Positions 59,057 to 64,000 of a DNA stretch of 64,000 bases are shown one piece after another (position 1 is the first letter of the stretch; every line of letters starts with the position of its first letter). The DNA lies in assembly GCA_035560005.1 (NCBI GenBank), contig DATMAN010000057.1, positions 14,292-78,291 of the forward strand, in the 5' to 3' direction. The stretch is from Burkholderiales bacterium. GTDB lineage: Bacteria; Pseudomonadota; Gammaproteobacteria; Burkholderiales; Eutrophovitaceae. The translations under genes were made by a program, and so were the position numbers. The notes under the pieces were generated by a model. That model was not told the DNA's origin, searched no databases, and saw nothing but the letters and a program-made list of their open reading frames with translations.

Positions 59057-60634
59057 TCAAAATGTCATTCGCGCTGTCGCGAACACCGCATTCTCCGTAT
59101 AACTGAACACGCTGTCGCTCGAATCATTCTGCTGCCTGCGATAGTTCAGAGACCCGGAGAGTCGAGGTTGGAACTGTCTTGCCAGCCCCATTCCGAGAGA
59201 AAACACCCGATCGACGCGACCCGTGTCGGAAAACGCGTTGCGGGCATAGGTTCCACCCATGTTCCAGTCGTCGAAGGCCGTCAATCGCAGGCTCCATTGC
59301 ACACCTGCGCCGACCTGTTCGATCGCGCTGCTGGTGCCGAAGTCTCCCGTTGCGGGCGCGGCCGCGTCAGCGTCCAGCCGCTCCCGCGTTTCTCCGAACA
59401 CACTGAAAATCAAAACGTTCTTGACCCCCAACAGGCCCACAGACGCTTCTGCTCTCTTCAAGAGAAACAACTCGTTGGTGAGAAAGTTGATTGGAGTTCC
59501 CAACTCTGGACGAAGACCGGTACGTGCGATGAATTCCTTCACCGCCCTCTCCCGCTCCGCAGGGTCCGGTATTTGAGACAGAAACAACTGATCGAGAAGT
59601 CCCGGCGTCGCCGGAACCAGGAACTCCGAGCGAGAAGTGGTAATTTCTTCCCTATACTCAACGCCCCATGCAGTGAGACGAGTCCGGTGCCTGAAATCGA
59701 AGGAATAGCTAAGGTCGTGCAACCGTTCGCCGGCAGCGGCCACCAGGCGTGTGCGGGGCGATGGTGTCCACTCGAGTCCGGCGCTCCACCGTGGCCCTTT
59801 GGTTTCCGACCCCGGCACGCCCGATTCGTATCTCTCATAACCGGCTTGGGCAAGCAGCCTCATGGTCGCTGTGACCAGCCGCCCGGCGTTCGCCGAAACT
59901 TCTTCGGCAACGGTATCCTCCTCAGTGTCATAGCCGATCTTCTCCCTCCCATACCCGACATCCCAGATGAGGAGCCGGTAGGCGGGACCACTCCTCAAGC
60001 GCAGATTGATGGCGTCGGCGGCACTATCGGACAGGGTCGAAGGGTCGTCCGAGTTCACCACACTGTAGGTGTAACGTGCTTCTGCTCGCGCCTCGGAGCC
60101 GAAGTCACGTCTGACATAGGGGCTCACGGCATAAGTACCGATGGTGACGCGATTTCCCGTGAGGTTGACGTCGTCGATCGTGAGAGGGCCCTGGAGTGAG
60201 ACGTTGTACCGATCTATATTGGCGAGGGCATCGACGAAGAGTAGCTGCTCAGCAAGCTCCGCGTTGCCGGTGGCGTTCAGCCGGTGGTAGATCTGATTCT
60301 CCTCCTGCGCGCGAGCATAGTACGTAAAATCCGGCGTGTACCGTGCATCGAGCTTCAGCCGTGCACCCGTGGCTGCGACCGAAATCCCGGGGCTGACTTG
60401 CGTCACCCAGTCCGCACGCTTCGATGCGTCCGGATCCAGCAATACGTTATCGGTATAGGTCTCTCTTACAGAAAGGGTGGGTGCGACGTCCCATTTGGCC
60501 GCCCAGACTGGGTTCAACAGCAACGCCGGCAGGGCGGCCGAAATCGGGAGCAGCCGCTTCGCATTCGAGTGGGTCCGTCCGATCTCGGGCCTGGCTGCCG
60601 GCCATCGACTGACGTCGGTTCTTGCCTTAGCCAT
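59057..60634 (-). CDS. PEP-CTERM-locus outer membrane beta-barrel protein
   Basis: Signal peptide (..LPALLLNPVWA), alternating beta-strand pattern and a terminal ..ARMTF. Its position between the tyrosine kinase and the ATPase is as in XrtA-type EPS loci. Confidence 0.7.
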   Translation of the reverse strand: MAKARTDVSRWPAARPEIGRTHSNAKRLLPISAALPALLLNPVWAAKWDVAPTLSVRETYTDNVLLDPDASKRADWVTQVSPGISVAATGARLKLDARYTPDFTYYARAQEENQIYHRLNATGNAELAEQLLFVDALANIDRYNVSLQGPLTIDDVNLTGNRVTIGTYAVSPYVRRDFGSEARAEARYTYSVVNSDDPSTLSDSAADAINLRLRSGPAYRLLIWDVGYGREKIGYDTEEDTVAEEVSANAGRLVTATMRLLAQAGYERYESGVPGSETKGPRWSAGLEWTPSPRTRLVAAAGERLHDLSYSFDFRHRTRLTAWGVEYREEITTSRSEFLVPATPGLLDQLFLSQIPDPAERERAVKEFIARTGLRPELGTPINFLTNELFLLKRAEASVGLLGVKNVLIFSVFGETRERLDADAAAPATGDFGTSSAIEQVGAGVQWSLRLTAFDDWNMGGTYARNAFSDTGRVDRVFSLGMGLARQFQPRLSGSLNYRRQQNDSSDSVFSYTENAVFATARMTF

Positions 60635-61661
60635 AGCCCCCGTAGGCGTATCCCCGCCTGGGGGCTGGTCCTTTGTTGAGCACGAGGCCGGCGACCCTGT
60701 CGGGGTCAATATGGCTCAGTGCCGCTTTCAATGCAGCCTCCGAGGTCTTGCCTGCCTCCACCACGACAACGATTTGTCCCATCTGTCTCGCGAGTGTGCC
60801 CGCCTCGCTGGCCACGAGCAGTGGAGGCGCGTCGAAGACGATGACGCGGTCCCGATAACGCCGCGCCATTTCCTGCAGCAACCCTCGCATCGCCTCGCTC
60901 GCCAGAAGTTCCGTCGTGTGTTGATGTGCGCTGCCTGCGGGAAGCAGCGTGAGCTTGCCGACGTCGGTGCTCCACAGCACGTCCTCCAGCGGTACGCGCC
61001 CAGCCAGCACATCGATCAATCCGCGTTCCGCCTTCACGCCCAGCGCCCGTGGAATGCCCGGCTTGACGACATCCGCATCGACCAGGAGCGCAGTATGATC
61101 CATTTCCAGAGCGATGCTGATCGCAAGATTGACGGCGCAGAATGTCTTGCCTTCTCCCTCGAGCGCACTGGTGATCATGACAAGGTTCGCCGGTGCTCCG
61201 ATCCTCGGATTGGCTGCGTTCGCGAGTATCTGCCGTTTGATGCGTCGGAAGCTCTCCGAGATCGGGCTGCGCTTTCCGTCGGGCGTAACCATGCGCTGCC
61301 GTTGCAGGTGTTCCCGGTCCACCCGCAGCATTCGCGTCGTCTTGCCGCCGGCGACCGAGGGCTTCGGTATTGCACTCAGTGCCCTGGAAAGATCGCCGGC
61401 GTCCGACGAAGCCATCGGCTCCCTTGGTTCGATGCGTCCGGAACGTTCACCGCTTTCGCTGACCGTGCGCTCGATCGCATCCAGCTCAGTAACCGCAATC
61501 TTGGCCTCGAGGAATTCAGAACCCTTGCCGCTTTCCGAGAATGCTCGTACGAGCACATCGTCTTCATTGCGAACAGTACGGTCTGCTTCCAGAGGTGACG
61601 GCCCGAAGTCCGGCGGTTCGCTCTTCTCGAGCAGCTTTGCCGCTCTTTCGATGATGCTCAT
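60627..61661 (-). CDS. Exopolysaccharide tyrosine autokinase (EpsG-like, BY-kinase catalytic subunit)
   Basis: Walker A-like SALEGEGKTF, Walker B VIVFDAPP and a C-terminal Tyr cluster RRGYAYGGYG. The start is taken at MSIIERAAKLL. Confidence 0.85.
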   Translation of the reverse strand: MSIIERAAKLLEKSEPPDFGPSPLEADRTVRNEDDVLVRAFSESGKGSEFLEAKIAVTELDAIERTVSESGERSGRIEPREPMASSDAGDLSRALSAIPKPSVAGGKTTRMLRVDREHLQRQRMVTPDGKRSPISESFRRIKRQILANAANPRIGAPANLVMITSALEGEGKTFCAVNLAISIALEMDHTALLVDADVVKPGIPRALGVKAERGLIDVLAGRVPLEDVLWSTDVGKLTLLPAGSAHQHTTELLASEAMRGLLQEMARRYRDRVIVFDAPPLLVASEAGTLARQMGQIVVVVEAGKTSEAALKAALSHIDPDRVAGLVLNKGPAPRRGYAYGGYG

Positions 61662-61666
61662 GTCGA

Positions 61667-63217
61667 TTACACCCTCGTTCCCGTCAATACGTAGGGCGCC
61701 ATAACGGCCGCGTACACCGACAGCAGACCGACGAACGAAACCGCCAGTGCCGCAAGTCCCCACGCGCGGCGCCCCTTCTGCTCCTCGGTCCACCCCATCA
61801 CCACGGTCCCCAAAACTGCCAGGCCGCTCACCTCCTTGAGCTTACGTTCATCGTAGAACGCAGGCTTCGCTTGTCCGAACAGGAAGGCAACACCCAGCCC
61901 GCCTCCCAGTGCCACAACCAAAACGAACGACAACAGCAGAGGCCGGCGGCTGGGTGTCATTGGCACCAGGGGAGGATCGATGACCCGGAAAGCCATTACG
62001 GCGTTGCTCGCTTCCATGTTCCCCGAGATCTGCGCCGACTCACGGCGCTTCAACAGATCGTCGTAGCGGGCCTTGGTCGCTTCGTAGTCCCGTGTCAACT
62101 GCTTGTATTCTGCCTCGACCCGCGGCAACGCATCGACAGCCGCTTTGAGTTCCGAGTATCGCCTGCGATGCTCCTGAACCCGGGTCCTCATCGCCGCTAC
62201 GTTCGCTTCGGCTGAAGCCAGAGCGACAGTCAACTGCTCATAAACCGGATCGCGGGCCTGCGCGGGCGTCTGGGCGGGCAGTGCGATCTTTGGCTTGGCT
62301 TCGGCCTTCTTCTGCTCCTTCAACTGGGCAATCATGCGCACGAGCTGCACGATATCGGGATGCTGCTCGGTGTACGTGAGGCGCAGATTGTCGAGCTTTT
62401 GTTCGAGAGCCTGGATGCGGCTGTCGATTTCCGGTTGTTCAGGCTCCGTCTCGACATAATTGATCTCCTCCGGCACCAAGGCGCTGGCCGTATGCGCCGC
62501 AAGCTGATCCTTGATGGCGTCGCGAGAATTCTCGGCTTCTCTGAGCATGAGCTCGGACTGCGTCAACGCGCCTTTTGCATCCCATAGCTGCGCGAAGTAA
62601 TCGCCCCCCTGACCGGGCAGAAGACCCACATACTTTCGCTTGAACTCCATGACCGCATTCTCGGCGGCCACCAGCTTTGCGTTGTATTCCTCGAGCTGAT
62701 CGTCGATGAACCGTTGCGCCGAGTCGGTATCGCTGCGTTTGTTGCCGAGACTTCCCTCGACAAAGATGGTGAGGAGCGATTCGACCACCCGTTTCGCCGT
62801 ATCGCGGTCCTTGTCGGCATAGGAGATCACGTACAGGTTTTCCCCGCCGGCGCGCTTGATGGTCAGCTCTTTCGTGAGACGAGCGACGAGCCGTTCCCGC
62901 TCCTCGAGCGTCTTGAGCCTGTCGTCCAGGCCGGTCATCTGGATCACCTTCTCGACATTGGGGACGCTGATAAGGGTCCGGCTCATCATTGCGACCATTT
63001 CATTGACATCGGGCTGCACTGCGAGTCCTTGCAGCAAGGGTCTCAGCACGGACTGAGTATCAACGTAGACGCGGGCGCTCGCTTCGTAGCGCTCTGGCAT
63101 CCGATGTACGGCGAACCAACCACCCAAGGCAATCAACCAGGCAGTGGCCATCGCGTACCACCGAAAACGCCAGATCGCCCTCAGATAGCTAATCAGTTGA
63201 TCGAACAGTTCTTGCAT
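61667..63217 (-). CDS. Polysaccharide chain-length determinant (Wzz/EpsF-like, PCP family)
   Basis: N-terminal TM after FRWYAM.., a long coiled-coil periplasmic region, and a C-terminal TM pair. Confidence 0.85.
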   Translation of the reverse strand: MQELFDQLISYLRAIWRFRWYAMATAWLIALGGWFAVHRMPERYEASARVYVDTQSVLRPLLQGLAVQPDVNEMVAMMSRTLISVPNVEKVIQMTGLDDRLKTLEERERLVARLTKELTIKRAGGENLYVISYADKDRDTAKRVVESLLTIFVEGSLGNKRSDTDSAQRFIDDQLEEYNAKLVAAENAVMEFKRKYVGLLPGQGGDYFAQLWDAKGALTQSELMLREAENSRDAIKDQLAAHTASALVPEEINYVETEPEQPEIDSRIQALEQKLDNLRLTYTEQHPDIVQLVRMIAQLKEQKKAEAKPKIALPAQTPAQARDPVYEQLTVALASAEANVAAMRTRVQEHRRRYSELKAAVDALPRVEAEYKQLTRDYEATKARYDDLLKRRESAQISGNMEASNAVMAFRVIDPPLVPMTPSRRPLLLSFVLVVALGGGLGVAFLFGQAKPAFYDERKLKEVSGLAVLGTVVMGWTEEQKGRRAWGLAALAVSFVGLLSVYAAVMAPYVLTGTRV

Positions 63218-63249
63218 ATCGAAACGCCGCCAAAAGCTACTGCAGGTGG

Positions 63250-63873
63250 CTAAAAGAAACTCTGTGGAATGACCAGGACATCGCCTGGACGCATCACCAC
63301 ATTGGCCGAAAGGTCACCGCCTTTGACGAGATCCTTCAGCCGCACCCCGAACTGCTGGGTTCGCCCGCCGCTCGAGCGCAGGATGCTCGCCTTGTTACCG
63401 TCCGCAAAATCCGTAATGCCTCCCACGGCGATCATGACATCGAGCAACGTCATGTTCTCCCGATAGGCGAGCGCTTGAGGTCTGACTGCTTCGCCAATCA
63501 CGCGCACTTGTTGGCTGTAGGGCCCAACGAAAGTGGTCACGATGACCGTGACAACCGGTGTCTGCACATACTTGCCCAGCACGTTCTCGATGTCTCGAGC
63601 AAGCTGTGTTGCAGTCTTGCCGCTCGCGGGCAGATCTTCCACCAACGGTGTGGAGATCTTTCCGTCGGGCCGCACCGGCACGGTCATGGACAGCTCTGGA
63701 TTGCGCCAGACGACGATGTTCAACGTATCGCCCGGGCCGATCAGATACGGGGGCATTTCGCCGGTTGCCGCACTCCGGCTTAGCGGTGGGTAGGTAGGTG
63801 CGCCGCATGCCGCGAGACCCAGCAGCAGCATCAGGGCGATAAATCCCGGACGCAGCCATGTTCTGACCCTCAT
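63250..63873 (-). CDS. Polysaccharide export outer membrane lipoprotein (Wza/EpsE-like)
   Basis: Lipobox LGLAAC, Poly_export motif YLIGPGDTLNIVVW and SLBB-like GEVLRPG-type repeats (RPGDVLVIP). Confidence 0.85.
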   Translation of the reverse strand: MRVRTWLRPGFIALMLLLGLAACGAPTYPPLSRSAATGEMPPYLIGPGDTLNIVVWRNPELSMTVPVRPDGKISTPLVEDLPASGKTATQLARDIENVLGKYVQTPVVTVIVTTFVGPYSQQVRVIGEAVRPQALAYRENMTLLDVMIAVGGITDFADGNKASILRSSGGRTQQFGVRLKDLVKGGDLSANVVMRPGDVLVIPQSFF

Positions 63874-64000
63874 AGCTTGCTCTCCTTCAACATGATTGAT
63901 TGACCGGACGCTCTGGAGGCCGGCGCCTCCAGCACAGGCACCCAACCCAACAATGCGCAATTCAGTTGACGTCTAGTGGCGACGAGCGGCTCGCTGGCTG

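Noticed and set aside
1-64000. A scan for CRISPR arrays, IS elements or transposases, integrases next to the two tRNA genes, prophage genes, and known toxin-antitoxin or defence-system genes.
   Set aside because: No regularly spaced direct repeats and no recognisable transposase, integrase or phage motifs were found in any listed ORF. Both tRNAs sit inside conserved housekeeping operons.

Overview
The window is a visibly GC-rich proteobacterial chromosomal segment whose gene order looks betaproteobacterial. It is almost entirely core housekeeping DNA. I recognised no transposase, integrase, phage gene, CRISPR array or known defence gene.

Content from left to right:
- 1-3143: MoxR(partial)-DUF58-transglutaminase module.
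- 3197-14564, one long minus-strand block: tRNA-Val, thrS, infC, rpmI, rplT, pheS, pheT, ihfA, merR-like, tRNA-Pro, surE, pcm, nlpD, rpoS.
- 14578-25281: relA, comEC, DUF2062, alkA-like, lolCD, recJ.
- 25802-28455: prfB (with its programmed +1 frameshift) and lysS.
- 28503-33300: acetoacetyl-CoA synthetase, then a copA-copZ-csoR copper module.
- 33392-36726: bamD, rluD, pgeF and a ZIP metal transporter.
- 36814-40733: PHA module phaC-phaB ... phaR.
- 40786-46456: rimO, DUF1232, cytochrome P460, dinG/yoaA and patB.
- 46453-49187: TonB-dependent receptor divergent from nikR.
- 49366-53982: OYE reductase, VOC protein, a LysR regulator and four small unknown proteins, three of them secreted and one membrane-anchored.
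- 54069-63873: the 5' half of a PEP-CTERM/XrtA-type exopolysaccharide locus (export, chain-length, tyrosine kinase, OM barrel, ATPase, wecB, tviB/tviC).

Most interesting non-annotated signals:
1. An 815-nt lower-GC spacer between phaB and phaR. It holds a strong minus-strand promoter, an operator-like palindrome on the predicted start site and a textbook terminator about 520 nt downstream, with no credible ORF. This is a candidate PHA-locus ncRNA.
2. A leader-peptide attenuator-like arrangement between tRNA-Val and thrS: tandem Thr codons, mutually exclusive antiterminator and terminator helices, and the terminator only 24 nt from the thrS ATG.
3. A nikR / TonB-receptor divergon with a shared palindrome.
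4. A convergent spacer with a perfect 12-bp AT-rich inverted repeat inside a 35-codon hydrophobic ORF.

Everything here is inferred from reading the sequence. No database search or folding program was run.
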